A stretch of DNA of 64,000 bases from Podarcis muralis (lineage: Eukaryota), in contig NC_135664.1 of assembly GCF_964188315.1 (NCBI RefSeq), forward strand, positions 16,740,001 through 16,804,000, given 5' to 3'. Within the stretch, counting starts at the first letter, position 1, and each line of letters begins with the position of its first letter. A program made the translations under genes and the position numbers. The notes below the pieces were generated by a model. That model did not search any database. It was not told the DNA's origin and saw only the letters and a program-made list of their open reading frames with translations. This document shows positions 1-12,133 of this stretch, in pieces.

Positions 1-36
1 AAACTGTGGCAACCACAACTATAACACAGACCATGT

Positions 37-128
37 GTATCTGAAGAAGTGTGCATGCACACGAAAGCTCATACCAAGAACTAACTTAGTTGGTCTTTAA
101 GGTGCTACTGGAAGGAATTTTTTTTTGT
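37..128. mobile_element. Penelope-like retroelement remnant
   Basis: ctgaagaagtgtgcatgcacacgaaagctcat...ttggtctttaaggtgctactgg resembles reptile Penelope terminal sequence as recalled; flanked by direct repeat acagaccatgt (26-36, 129-139). Confidence 0.55.
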
Positions 129-609
129 ACAGACCATGTAGGCATTTTAGGTAGGACTTTACAACATTTTCTGATGCGCCAAATAGATTACTCCAAACAA
201 TTTTTAATCAAAAAGAGATGGAAAGCATGCAAAACATTTCCTCTAAGTGGTTTTCCGAAGGCAGGGGAAGGCAATATTAAGGCCCCAAATCTCATCCTTA
301 CTTCTCAGAAAAATCACTCCACAATGAGCTCACAACTTTGGGGACCAGCCTTGGTGGACTCTGGCTTGATCTCGCCAACCCATCTTAAGGGCCTCTCTGT
401 ACCCACATCCTGAAGATATTTTTTTCTCCTGCACTTGTCATCACAGGAGGAGTCTAAGCCCAACCCAGTGGCTCCACAGTGCCAGAAGGAAATCACTGTG
501 AGAAGGCAGAAACAAACTTTGCGGCTGACGGGACTCGGTCTGTGTGCAAGGTATTAAAATTACTACCACAGGAGCAGTACTTAAAGCAGGAAGAATTTTG
601 CTTGGTGCA

Positions 610-762
610 TTTTTAATCCCACCTTTCTATTTATCTTCACAGCCTGGTGAGGTGGGTTAGACTGAGAGACAGTGACTGGCTCAGTGAGCTTCATGGCTAG
701 GCAAGGATTTGAACCCAGGTTTCCCTAGTCTAAGGCCAATGCACTAGCCATTACCCCACACC
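610..762 (-). mobile_element. Old Squam3/MIR-like tRNA-derived SINE fragment
   Basis: gtgaggtgggttagactgagaga...ggatttgaacccagg...ccattaccccacac; degenerate reverse A/B boxes. Confidence 0.65.
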
Positions 763-1117
763 CAGGAAGTGTAATATAAGCAAAGGGAACTCAGATGCAT
801 CATAGCACAGGTACAGGGTTCCAGGCCCCAATCCCATCGCTATTCCGCTTGGATCTGAAGCTCAGTGAAGTTTACACTCTCTCAACCTTAGCTAACAGGA
901 GAGCTCTCAGGAAAATCAGAAACAATACAATAGCTACAAAAGCAAATGATTTTAAAAGATTTTGTTGTAAACTGATTTTAATGTTGTCTTTTTAAAATGG
1001 CTATAACCCATGCCGAGACCTTATGGTGAAGCACAGGTCAGAAATCGAAATCATCATCATCACCGCCACAACCAACTCTGTACTACCAGTTTGTCCAAAA
1101 TGATAATTTCAGCTCTT

Positions 1118-1490
1118 AAAGGTAAAGGTAAAGGTAAAGGTACCCCTGCCCGTACGGGCCAGTCTTGCCAGACTCTAGGGTTGTGCGCCCATCTCACTCA
1201 AGAGGCCGGGGGCCAGCGCTGTCCGAAGACACTTCCGGGTCATGTGGCCAGCGTGACATCGCTGCTCTGGCGAGCCAGAGCCGCACACGGAAACGCCGTT
1301 TACCTTCCCACTAGTAAGCGGTCCCTATTTATCTACTTGCACCCGGGGGTGCTTTCGAACTGCTAGGTTGGCAGGCGCTGGGACCGAGCAACGGGAGCAC
1401 ACCCCGCCACGGGGATTCGAACCGCCGACCTTTCAATCGGCAAGCCCTAGGCGCTGAGGCTTTTACCCACAGCGCCACCCGCGTCCCTAC
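1118..1490 (-). mobile_element. Sauria SINE (Squam1), full length, variant B
   Basis: tRNA-like head, ctagcagttcgaaagcac core and (accttt)n tail; 12-bp TSD atttcagctctt (1106-1117, 1491-1502). Confidence 0.93.
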
Positions 1491-2515
1491 ATTTCAGCTC
1501 TTACCAAGATCTAAAAATCAATCAATCAAGCTTCTATAGATTTACAAACACAATCTGGAAATTAGAAAGAGCTGACAGTGGCATTTGTAAATACAGCAGG
1601 AATTCTCTGCTTTCCGAGAAAGTGGCAGAACTCCCAAACAATAGCCAAGTATGAAGCAAGAATGAACCAAGAAGAAGCCGGTGGAGAAAGCGAAAGTGTA
1701 GTCACAAAATCTGCATTGTATGTGCTCTTAATGCTATTTCCCCAGCCAAAATAATCAACTTATGAACTGCCAAATGAGGAATTCCTACATTTCAGCCATG
1801 TCACAGTGCTGAAAGGGGTGCTCTTGAACACACAGCAGAAAGAATTTGAGAAAGTCATTAAAAAGGTAGCTTGCTGAGAGGTTGCCGCAGAGAGACCTGA
1901 GGTGTCCCAACCCAAGAATAATTTTTTTGAGGGAAGAGTTGATTCTCTGCCTTTTCTTCCTCTCCTCGCCTTACTCATTAGTGTGGGAAACAGGGAAGGC
2001 AAACTACAGAGAAGGGTGGCAAGAAATGTCCCAGCACTCTTTCACTTTCATTCCCTTGCTTTTCATATTGCCCTTCTCAGGGGCGAGATACTGCTCCACA
2101 ATACGACTAGGATGTATTTGGAAAGGAACTCAAAGTGTAAGTTGGGTTACTGAAGAGAAAAAACATTTTAATTAAAGAAATTTCGAGCAGGTAGCAGATT
2201 CAGGAAGCAAGGCGGCACGAAGGCTCTGACAGGCTCTCAGGCAAGAGAAATGTTGATGTAATCCAAAATCTAAAGTTCAAGAGAAACTTTACAGCCCCAA
2301 ACAGGAATGTTGCAGTGATTTTAAAGGGGTGGTCCTGGACCCATGATGGTGCCACTGAATAGTTTTGATCGGGAGATTAAATTGTAAAGTATAAAGGTGT
2401 CTAGGTAGCATGCTAAATTCTAGATTGTTTGGCAAGTGGGAACATCCCTCTCTATGTTCTATTAATGCAGAAAGGTTTCTTCCATTAGCAGATCCTGTTA
2501 GTTCGAAAGGATGTA

Positions 2516-2737
2516 CAGTGGTACCTCGGGTTACATACGCTTCAGGTTACAGACTCCGCTAACCCAGAAATAGTACCTCGGGTTATGAACTTTGCTTCAG
2601 GATGAGAACAGAAATTGTGCTCCGGTGGCGTGCAGCAGGAGGCCCCATTAGCTAAAGCGGTGCTTCAGGTTAAGAACAGTTTCAGATTAAGAAAGGACCT
2701 CCGGAACGAATTAAGTACTTAACCCGAGGTAGCATTG
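2516..2737. mobile_element. Tc1/mariner (Tigger-like) MITE
   Basis: TIRs cagtggtacctcgggtta ... taacccgaggtagcattg, TA on both flanks. Confidence 0.88.
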
Positions 2738-3911
2738 TATAGAGGAGACGACCTGAAAGCACGCAAATTAACATTCCCAAAGCAAAGGCTACCATTGTAG
2801 AGACCCCACAGCTGAGTACACAGAAAAGTCTGGTAAGCCGTTGTAAATGTGTGGGTACCTGAGTAATAGATGCTTTAATAGTGAGGAGAATACTGCAAGT
2901 CACCCACACAATGGTAACTCCTCCTTCAAGTAGTTACTTGTGAATTGGGACTCCCATGTCCAATTTGTAGCCAGGGTTTCTGTCTGCTAAATCTTAAGGG
3001 ACATTTATGGCCAAAATTTCAGTAGAGGTATGGACTGAAACATATTTTTTTGTTGATCTTGTCTTCCTACAACAATTGCCATTTTTGCCACCCATCTAAG
3101 ACATTGAAATTTGAAGGGGTGGGACTCAACAGATAAAATTCCTGATGCCCAATAGAAAGTTTGGTTACCATAAAACTGGTACTGTACTGTAATTAATTCC
3201 AGTAGGTAAAAATAACACGATACTCATACAATAGAATATCTCCTACTGAGTTTAAACGTTTTTATAAATTTATTTATTTATTTATTTTTGAAAAAGAGGA
3301 ATGGGTGCGTGCAATTTGAAGCTGAATGAATCTAGAATTATCTGTCAAGTACAAAAGTATCTCTCTCTTTCACACACATCCCCCCCCCGCCCCCAGCCCA
3401 GGAATTCAATATAATTCAGGGATAGCGAGATTGTAAAGATTTCTTCGGTAATCTATGGATGGGAGTGACCAGTGAAAATTGAAACCTAATTGTTGTAGAA
3501 TGAACTATGTTCATAATAACATTCGGGGGGGGTCAATCTATGGATGCTGAGGGCTTTAGATTGTGCTTTTTGTCTTCTCCAAAGGAACCCAAGAGAGTAA
3601 AAGGCCTAGGGTAAAGTAGACAGGGTCTCCTTGCCAAAAGGTCTAAGTTTCCAGCTAGAGCTATTCATGTCCGGTAACCTCCTGAGAGATATCTGACAGG
3701 AGTAGTAGACTGGAAACTGCAAACTAAAGCACTAAGGCAGCTCTTGGTTCAAAGTGAACTGTATTAGAGGAACCATGGAGCTGTGTCACAAATACAAAGG
3801 ACACAATAAATTTATGGTGTGGTGTCAGTCATGAGGATTTACAACAGGTGAATTGTGTCCTTCATTACTCAATGTTTTGTAAATGTTTTTCAGAGAGCTT
3901 TTGGGACACGA

Positions 3912-4377
3912 GCTTTACGCACGGCTACCTTTGAAGCTGACTCGGAAACTACAGCTGATCCAGAATGCGGCAGCTAGACTGGTGACTGGGAGCAGCCGCC
4001 GGGACCATACAACACCGGTCCTAAAGGATCTACAATGGCTCCCAGGACATTTCCGAGCACAATTCAAAGTGTTGAAGGAGCAACTCCAACTCCATCATCC
4101 AGCCCGGACAACCGAGGTCCAGCTCTGAGGGCCTCATTGCAAGACATGAAGCTACAGGGAACCAGGCCAAGGGCCTTCTTCGTAGTGGCACCCATCCTGT
4201 GGAATGCCCTCCCATCGGATGTCAAACAGATGAACAACTATTTGATTTTTAGAAGACATTGGAAGGCAGCCCAGTTTAGCAATGTTTTTAATGGTAGATA
4301 TTTTACTGTGTTTTTAATATTTTGTTGGAAGCTGCCCAGAGTGTCTGGGGCAACCCAGTCAGATGGACAGCATATAA
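3912..4377 (+). mobile_element. L2-clade LINE 3' fragment
   Basis: Remnant LQLIQNAAARLVTG...HTTPVLKDLQWLP typical of L2 ORF2 C-terminus, followed by the 3' UTR shared with copies at 46442 and 53445. Confidence 0.85.
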
Positions 4378-4512
4378 CAGGCACCCCAACCTGCGGCCCT
4401 CCAGATGTTTTGGCCTACAACTCCCATGATCCCTAGCTAATAGGACCAGTGGTCAGGGATGATGGGAATTGTAATCCAAAACATCTGGAGGGCTGAAGGT
4501 TGGGGATGCCTG
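4378..4512. mobile_element. hAT MITE (URR1-like palindromic type) inserted in the L2 tail
   Basis: TIRs caggcaccccaacc / ggttggggatgcctg; internal ctacaactcccat...atgggaattgtaa hairpin; 8-bp TSD gcatataa/gcatacaa. Confidence 0.85.
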
Positions 4513-5334
4513 GCATACAACAACTACTACTGCTACTATATTGCTTCCTACAACATGGAGACCACAGTTGAATGGATGACTGTAGTTGTTCCATGCTGTT
4601 GCTAAATGTACTTCTTCTGGCGCTACAGACAAACCACCATCAGAAGAGGACACATTAAGGAATAACAAATCTTTCACAGAGCATCCCTGCACATCACTTC
4701 AAGGGTACGTGTGGGCACAGAGGGAACAGGATTACATATGTATTCCTGTTTATAGCTCAACACAGCTGCACTGCACCCACACCTAACCTTTTTTTTATTT
4801 TTTCCTACTGCAGCCATATTCATATCCTGTAATTAAAACCGCACAAATATTGATTGCTACATCCAAGATGAGGCATAGGAAGCCCCAAACTACATTTAGA
4901 GCAGCTGTCCATTAAATGCGAAACACTAACCTCCCAAGGGCCTTTACGACAGAGACTGTTGGGGAATGAGCAAAGCCTCTCTTAATGGACTATTTCATAA
5001 TAATCTGCATTTCACATAAAAGTATCACGCTGTTCCTAGGCTATAAACATAGACCAACAAAGCTCCAGGAACTGTTATGTTTAAGATGCAACTTCTCAGA
5101 TATGGCTCTTCTGATACAGCCATTGAGGTACAAAGCCAAAGAAGATGTGGTGGAATTTTCTAGAAGGAATGGAGATGGCTGAAGGAGGAACAAGATGAAG
5201 AAAGAGCAGAAGGGGCAGACTTGGTTGCCTTTCTGGACATCTGGGAACACCCTCATTATTCTTCATGACTGCAAAGACTATCCTATACCCTTTTAAAATA
5301 TGGCTCTTTTCTGGGGGAGTATTATTGGGTTGTT

Positions 5335-5433
5335 GTTTTTATTCTGATTATATATGTTGTGATCTTTTCTGTGAACCGCCCTGAGACCTCCAGGTTTACG
5401 GGCGGTATATGAACTCAATAAATAATAATAATA
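5335..5433 (+). mobile_element. L2-type 3' tail
   Basis: tgtgaaccgccctgagacc...gggcggtatat followed by aataaa(taa)n. Confidence 0.6.
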
Positions 5434-6086
5434 TTGTTTCTCCACACCAGTGAACGGTTTCTAATCAGGAGATCCCGTACCCCTTCATCCTGGAGAAAAA
5501 TGGGGCAACTATGACAGCGACAGCTAAAGAGCAGTTTAAGAACCACTGATTTAAGAGACACACATATAATTCGCTTACATTACACATGAGAGATGTTTCG
5601 CAACACCAAAAACGTTTCAGCTTAGCACGGGGAAGGGAGGAAAAGTAAAAACAGTTTTATCATCCCTGACAAATGTCGGGGGGGGGGAATGTTTGGCAAC
5701 AGAGCAAAGCTATAAAATACGGCAGACACTTCAACAAAAGATATAAACTAGACAAATACGTTTCTCTGCTCATTATAACGTTAAGTCAAATGCAACGAAC
5801 ACGACAAGTAAATCAAAGAACAAAAAGCATACATGTTCTTAATTATTTACCCACATCAACTGTATAATATTGAAGACTATTGTTATATTTGTGAAATATT
5901 TATGAAAGCAAGCTTAAAGAAATCATCAGTCATGTCTGCAAGGAACTGTTCAATGTCTATTTAGAACTGTGTAACGTTTTTTGCACAAGGAGTTTGTAAA
6001 GAGCAGACTTCAGAAGAGGACACTGTTCAAGAACTGCTGAGAGGTATATAATGTTAAAATATATTCAAGCACTTTGTGAAAATTAC

Positions 6087-6188
6087 CTCATAATAATCCA
6101 GATTCTTTCCTTCAAAAGATACTTTTGTTGAGACTTCCATGGGTATTATTTTAGGGTTAGGATCTAGAAAGTGTGGGCATTTTTCCGC
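6087..6188 (-). CDS. PLXNB2: Plexin-B2 coding exon 9, 102 nt; gene continues below the window
   Basis: AEKCPHFLDPNPKIIPMEVSTKVSFEGKNLDYYE; acceptor tttttctcctag, donor GAG|GTAATT, phase 0/0. Confidence 0.94.
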
Positions 6189-6632
6189 CTAGGAGAAAAA
6201 ACAGCAACATTTTCATATGCAATTAAAACTAGAAATATTATATCGCAAAACATCTGCACCTACTTTGGACAATTGAATTTTTGTTGTTCAGAAGATCTTC
6301 ATGCTTAGTGACAGATTTGATTACAGTTTTTCAAATTAGACATGCTAAAAATGACTGCAGCATATGATATGCTGAACTTTCATTCCCATTCTTGAAATTC
6401 CTTCCCAGTCATTTAAGTAAAACAGCAAAATGGACCGAAAAGAAAACATTGAATGGCTTCCCAGTCACTTCACTCCAATATTTATTTCCATTCCCCACCA
6501 AGGAGGTACAAAACCCCCAGATTCCCCCCCCCCCCGAAGTTACTTTCAGATTGTTGCTATTCCTTTCCAATTTATTTACAAAAACAAAGCAAATAAATAA
6601 ATAAAAATAAAATAGAAACCACCACTTAAATA

Positions 6633-6858
6633 CAGTGGTACCTCTGGTTACAAACTTAATTCATTCCGGAGGTCCGTTCTCAACTTGAAACCGTTCTTAA
6701 CCTGAGGCACGCTTTCACTAATGGGGCCTCCGGCGCACAATTTCCGCTCACATCCCGGGGCAAAGTTTGCAACCAGGAGCAACTACTTCTCAGGGTTAGC
6801 GGAGCTCGTAACCCGAAGTGTTCGCAAGGAGGACGGTTTATAACCAGAGGTATTGCTG
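6633..6858. mobile_element. Tigger-like MITE, 42 bp from the exon 8 donor
   Basis: TIRs cagtggtacctctggtta / taaccagaggtattgctg, TA flanks. Confidence 0.85.
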
Positions 6859-6900
6859 TATTTAAATAAGATCTGTTCATACTACTTTTAAAGGTTTTAC

Positions 6901-7003
6901 CATATTTTGCTGAATCACATCTGTTTTTGAAGAAGAGTCCTCGCATTTATGGGTTTTCCAGTCCCACTGGCAATTCCACCTACTGCTTGCACAGGAATAA
7001 CAC
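6901..7003 (-). CDS. PLXNB2: Plexin-B2 coding exon 8 (PSI domain 2), 103 nt
   Basis: CYSCASSRWNCQWDWKTHKCEDSSSKTDVIQQNM; acceptor atccatacag, donor ATG|GTAAAA, phase 2/0. Confidence 0.95.
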
Positions 7004-7485
7004 CTGTATGGATAAGCCAAAAGGTTGAGATTTGTTGTTCCTTTCTTCCCTTCTCCTCCTTTACAAGGCTTCCTTAGAATTTCATTTCATATAGCAATAA
7101 ATAACTTCCACTTTTTCAGAGAACAAAATTGTATTGTGGATTGTCAGCTGCCACACAAACAGTCCAGGGATTGTCTCCTGGGTTTCCAGTTGAAACAGAG
7201 TCACGAGTTTTGCAAGAATGACTTAAAAGCCACAACCACCACAAAGTAAACGGGAAATTCAGAAATCTGAAAGGAGCCATGTCCCTGAGATGGCCATGTC
7301 TTTTATTTAATTTATATATTTTATTTAAGACACCACTTAATCATTAACATTTCTAATCATGGGAAGTGATATTGAAAGTTGGTCAGCTGTGGCGATACTT
7401 TCTCCTCCCATGGCAGACCTGGGAAGCATGGAAAGCTCAAAAGAAGTGGTCTGAAACCAAGATCCAGAAAGTACTCTGGATATTA

Positions 7486-7848
7486 AAGGTAAAGGTAAAG
7501 GTACCCCTGCCCGTACGGGCCAGTCTTGACAGACTCTAGGGTTGTGCGCCCATCTCACTCAAGAGGCCAGGGGCCAGCGCTGTCTGGAGACACTTCCGGG
7601 TCACGTGGCCAGTGTGCCATCGCTGCTCTGGCGAGCCAGAGCCACACACGGAAACGTCGTTTACCTTCCCGCTAGAAAGTGGTCCCTATTTATCTACTTG
7701 CACCTGGGGGTGCTTTCGAACTGCTAGGTTGGCAGGCGCTGGGTCCGAGCAATGGGAGCGCACCCCGCCGCGGGGATTCGAACCGCCAACCTTTCGATCG
7801 GCAAGCCCTAGGCGCTGAGGCTTTTACCCACAACGCCACCTGCGTCCC
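7486..7848 (-). mobile_element. Sauria SINE, full length, variant B
   Basis: Highly similar to the 1118 copy; 14-bp TSD tactctggatatta. Confidence 0.93.
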
Positions 7849-8165
7849 TACTCTGGATATTAGAACATATTTATTACTAATACAATCCAGGGACTCCTAA
7901 GTTTCATTTTTGGGTGAGTGTTCCTTAGTAAGTGGAAAAACAACAACACAGTATGTTTGTGCCCCAAAGTGTCAAATTGACAAAATGATGGACAGAAGAA
8001 GAAAAAATCTTAGATCAGGCATGTCCAACTTCAAGTAGGCTATGATCCACTATCCGGTATCAAAAACTGGCAGCAATCTACCCCAGTCTCCCATCGTCAT
8101 TCTTCAGCAAGCGTTCCCTTCACCCACCCCTCCAAAGACATTAAAAATAAATAAATAAATAAATA

Positions 8166-8403
8166 GGTAAAGGGATCCCTGACCCTTAGGTCCAGTCGTG
8201 ACCGACTTTGGGGTTGCGGCGCTCATCTCGCTTTATTGGCTGAGGGAGCCGGCGTACAGCCTCCGGGTCCTGTGGCCAGCATGACTAAGCCGCTTCTGGT
8301 GAACCAGAGCAGCGCACGGAAACGCCGTTTACCTTCCTGCTAGAGCGGTACCTATTTATCTACTTGCACTTTGACGTGCTTTTGAACTGCTAGGTTGGCA
8401 GGA
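8166..8403 (-). mobile_element. Sauria SINE, 5'-truncated, variant A, nested in the hAT
   Basis: SINE body and tail flanked on both sides by (aaat)n. Confidence 0.9.
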
Positions 8404-8603
8404 AATAAATAAATAAAGGGGTCTTTATTTCACAGATACAGTAGTTATGTTTGGATATCATCATGGCAGAGCCAAATAGTTACTAGATGGACAATTAACT
8501 AAACAAAGGAGAAAAGTCAAACGATATTTAGATATTAGGTTTCACAGATCTGAGGAGCCAGTTGGAGCGCGCCAGGCTTCCCACTCTCTCGGGCTACCAA
8601 AAC

Positions 8604-8890
8604 CATGGGTAGGCAGACTAAGGCCCGGGGGCTGGATCCAGCCCAATCGCCTTCTAAATCCAGCCCGCGGACGGTCTGGGAATCAGCGTGTTTTTACATG
8701 AGTATTTAAAATGCATCTCTGGGTTATTTGTGGAGCCTGCCTAGTGTTTTTACATGAGTAGAATGTGTCCTTTTATTTAAAATGCATCTCTGGGTTATTT
8801 GTGGGGCATTGGAATTCGTTCACACACACACAATATAGCCCACAAAGTCTGAGGGACTGGCCCCCTGCTGAAAAAGTTTGCTGACCCCTG
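8604..8890. mobile_element. hAT MITE nested in the hAT; same family as 40532
   Basis: Ends catgggtaggcagac / gtttgctgacccctg; perfect 8-bp TSD accaaaac; internal duplication of tttttacatgagta...tttaaaatgcatctctgggttatttgtgg. Confidence 0.88.
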
Positions 8891-9192
8891 ACCAAAACCA
8901 ATCCCGCGACCGATCAACATGTTGGACATGCCTGTCATAGATATATTATATCACCAAAGATCAAATGCAGTAGAATTAAGACATGGTGAACGAACAACAC
9001 GGAAAGATGAAGTAGGACAGCATGTTTTTCATAATATACTTTGTGGAGCCTGATGAAAGGGAAGCAAAAGTACTGTGCAAATAAAATAGGAACACTTCAG
9101 TTCACTCAAGAGACTTCACTATTATAATATTTGAATGCACGTTGGGTTTGCTGGATAGGATGGAGAATGAGGTTAGGTAGCTAGATACTTAC

Positions 9193-9304
9193 GGTTCATT
9201 TTCAATACGGTTTATAGCTTCTCCACAGTCATAAAAAGGATATGTACCCGATGCAAGAAATATATTATCACCAAAGGTCAGACGCAGTAGAACCAAGACA
9301 TAAT
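9193..9304 (-). CDS. PLXNB2: Plexin-B2 coding exon 7, 112 nt
   Basis: (D)YVLVLLRLTFGDNIFLASGTYPFYDCGEAINRIENE(P); acceptor ttttttggtag, donor CC|GTAAGT, phase 1/2. Confidence 0.95.
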
Positions 9305-10599
9305 CTACCAAAAAAAAAATACAGACTGATTTGCGTGGGGGTGCTTTATATTGAATACTTCTTGGTACAATGTTAATGCCTATCCAATACATTTCTTGAA
9401 ATTGTGGGGGTTAGTGTGAGAATCTTCTGTTCACCCTAAATGAAACTGCATTAAATGTCCAGGAACTAAATGGAAGAAAGAAAAAGAAAACCTGATAGAA
9501 GTATGATAAAATGTTTAAAAGTCCCCGACTATTAGATCAGGAAAATGCTTATTCAAAAGGGACAACGTATTCTACAACTGAAAAATGCAAGTCAGAAAAA
9601 CCAAGGAAATTAAGGCGCATGAATTCAGAAGATGGTGTTTTTTATTTTTTTTACACTGTCAGGGTGTGCAATTTATGAATCACACACTATGAATAAAACA
9701 AAAGGAGTTTGGGGTTTCTGAAATAACCAGTATGTGTTCAAAATAATAAGCAAAACTTAGCAATTTGGAAAGCTGGTCAACTTCCTCCATATACTTCCTC
9801 CATTAATGGGATTCTAATCTGGATTATTGCTGAACTCAGGATCAAGAGCTATATATAAAAATGGGAACTTCCTCAATGAGGCTTCCAGCTATTCCTTTTC
9901 CGGAAATCATTAAACCCCTCTGACAAGTTATTTCACAAGCTATTGAGCAATTTCAAACTCAGCTTTCTTCTAACAGCTTTTTGAAAGAGTGGTGACAGCT
10001 CAGATTTAAACCCACTTTCTGAAGAATTCTATTGAAAATTCCAGGTTGTTTTTCACTTTATCTCATATACTGGGGTCAGCTGAAAATTGCTGTTGTTGTT
10101 TTTTAAGCGCCAGTTAATTCCAACTATGTATGTATGTATTTAAAATGCTATTTACAAGTATTCTTATTTGCATTTGCTAAATCTTCTCAGGAGAAATGGC
10201 TGAGATTTCTTACAGTCCAATGGGAACTACTGACTCTCACATGCAACAATCTGTAAAAGATGGCATCATATGGCATAAAGTGTGTGCTTGCTACTGCCAA
10301 TAAAAATTTATGGATTGCTAACAAGCACAAAATGCGTATATAAGGCCCCAAGTGAACAAATTTTCACAGTAATTATGTATCATCAACAGAGATCGCCTCT
10401 GTAAAGGTTTTTGGAACTTGGGTACACTGTGTGGGCATTTTATGAGGTCGTTTTTCCTTGATCTTAGGAATGTGATGGAGAACACAGCTACCAGGAGTAA
10501 CATGGCAACAACATCAAAATTTCCAACATAGTTTTCATTCTTCATTAACCAACAGGGGCTCTCTAGTGCTTACCAATGTTGAAGGTGAATGCTTGTCCT

Positions 10600-10729
10600 C
10601 AGTGGCATAGCATGGGGAGGGGGGCCAATGGGGCTGTTGCTGCCACCACCCAGCCCTGACAGGAACCATGGGTTAAAGGGCACCATACTTGCCTTGCCCC
10701 GGGCACTGCCAACCCACGCTATGCCACAG
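10600..10729. mobile_element. 130-bp hAT-type MITE
   Basis: TIRs cagtggcatagc / gctatgccacag; perfect 8-bp TSD cttgtcct. Confidence 0.85.
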
Positions 10730-10911
10730 CTTGTCCTTCACTCTTTACAGGTTGAGTGCAGGCGGTATTGGGGGAAGTGTGGCTATTGCATGTAGCAGCT
10801 GCCAATCTTTCTAATTCAAAAGGATGACTGGTTACACGTCTTGGGCCAATACGAAGAGCAATGGGTTAGGTAGGGAACGTATGTGTGCTTCCAAAGCAAT
10901 TACTATAAGTG

Positions 10912-11368
10912 CCGTATTTTTCGCTCCATAAGACGCACCTAGTTTTTAGAGGAGGAAAGGGGGAAAGCCCCGCTTTTTTTGGGATCAGGTCACAGTTGTG
11001 CAGCTTCATTTGCAAAGGGGAAAAGCCCCGGTTTATTTGAGGATCAGCTCAAAGTTGTTTAGCTTACTTTGCAAAGGGAAAAAGTCCTATTTTTATGGGG
11101 TTCAACTCACAGTTCTGCAGCTTCTTTAGGAAAGAAAAGGGAGCCATTTCTACAGTTTCCAGACAGATAATCTAATCAGCCAGTCACATGTCGCTGGGGA
11201 AACAAACAGCCTCCGTCTGCAGAACATTCAACAATGGAGGCCGGGGCAAGGGGCCGGGGCCAGAAAGGGAGCCAGCGATCGACCACACATTCGCTCCATA
11301 AGACGCACAGACATTTCCCCTTACTTTTTAGGAGGAGAAAAGTGTGTCTTACGGAGCGAAAAATACGG
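10912..11368 (-). mobile_element. Non-autonomous Tc2/pogo-like element with a ~58-bp tandem-repeat core
   Basis: TIR ccgtatttttcgctccataagacgcac at both ends, TA flank on the right and TG on the left; ends shared with 43558 and 60294. Confidence 0.88.
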
Positions 11369-11435
11369 TAGATACCTTCAAAGTTGGAAAGCACAGGCAT
11401 ATATATTAAATGTGAAGACCTGCTCTTTTATTTAC

Positions 11436-11586
11436 CTTGGCCTTTTGTCGTTGGAGGGATTTCAACAGGAGGCTCGCAGGTAATAGTCCCTTCGTGTAAC
11501 ACCGCCTCACGCCTCGTTTCCCCAAAATGACACCAAAGCCGGTCATCTCCATTTAAAACTGGGAAAGGGCTGAGAGTCAATTCTAC
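11436..11586 (-). CDS. PLXNB2: Plexin-B2 coding exon 6, 151 nt
   Basis: VELTLSPFPVLNGDDRLWCHFGETRREAVLHEGTITCEPPVEIPPTTKGQ; acceptor gcatttccag, donor G|GTAAAT, phase 0/1. Confidence 0.93.
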
Positions 11587-11896
11587 CTGGAAATGCAAGC
11601 AAAAAGAGGTTGTCAGAAAGCAACGAATAAGAAAAAACTGTGGATTCCCACATGGAGGAGGCAGAAAGGAAGGGTAATGGGACGGTAGCAGAGAGGAAGA
11701 GGAAAAAGGAATGGAAGCAAATGTGTTGCACTGGTGGGAAAACCCCCAAAGAAAGCTTACTAGTGCCGCATGTTTTAATATTACAATAATGTCCTCTTCG
11801 CTGATAACTAAGATTCTTAACAACCTTATTGTAATTAAGGGGCCATAGTTCAAGGGTAGTGTTTAGCATCTCAAGTTGAAAAAGAGTAGCATGATT

Positions 11897-11975
11897 GCAA
11901 AAGACCCTGGAGAGCTCCCACCAGAATAGACAGTACCAGAAAGGTCTGACTGTGAAACACAGCTTTTTATGTTCA
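11897..11975 (+). mobile_element. Squam2-like SINE 3' fragment
   Basis: aagaccctggagagc...agacagtac...ggtctgact...cagctt.ttatgttc resembles the recalled tail of a tRNA-Ala-derived squamate SINE. Confidence 0.5.
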
Positions 11976-12097
11976 AGCCTCAAGCCAGAGGATGGCAACA
12001 CAGAAATCAGGGGTACATTCAAAAGGAGTGACAAAACGGCTTTAGGCAAGCACTATGTACATTGCCTGATGCAACTAGGCACTATAGATCACTTTAG

Positions 12098-12098
<1 letters not shown>

Positions 12099-12130
<32 letters not shown>
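12099..12130. repeat. (AC)16 microsatellite
   Basis: Read directly. Confidence 0.97.

Positions 12131-12133
<3 letters not shown>

Larger units (their letters stand above)
8016..8934. mobile_element. Non-autonomous hAT element carrying two nested insertions
   Basis: Perfect 14-bp TIR caggcatgtccaac / gttggacatgcctg; 8-bp TSD tcttagat/tcatagat. Confidence 0.85.

Noticed and set aside
1010-1366. Recurrent ORFs such as GKGTPARTGQS...HLTQEAGGQRC and RDRLWGCGAHL...PGHVASMT at several loci
   Set aside because: Translations of Sauria SINE copies, not a protein family.
5080-5180. Minus-strand PSPFLLENSTTSSLALYL...SEKLH after a good acceptor, loosely like a later PLXNB2 exon
   Set aside because: Similarity is weak, there is no suitable donor, and the exon that should precede it was not found between 5180 and 6087.
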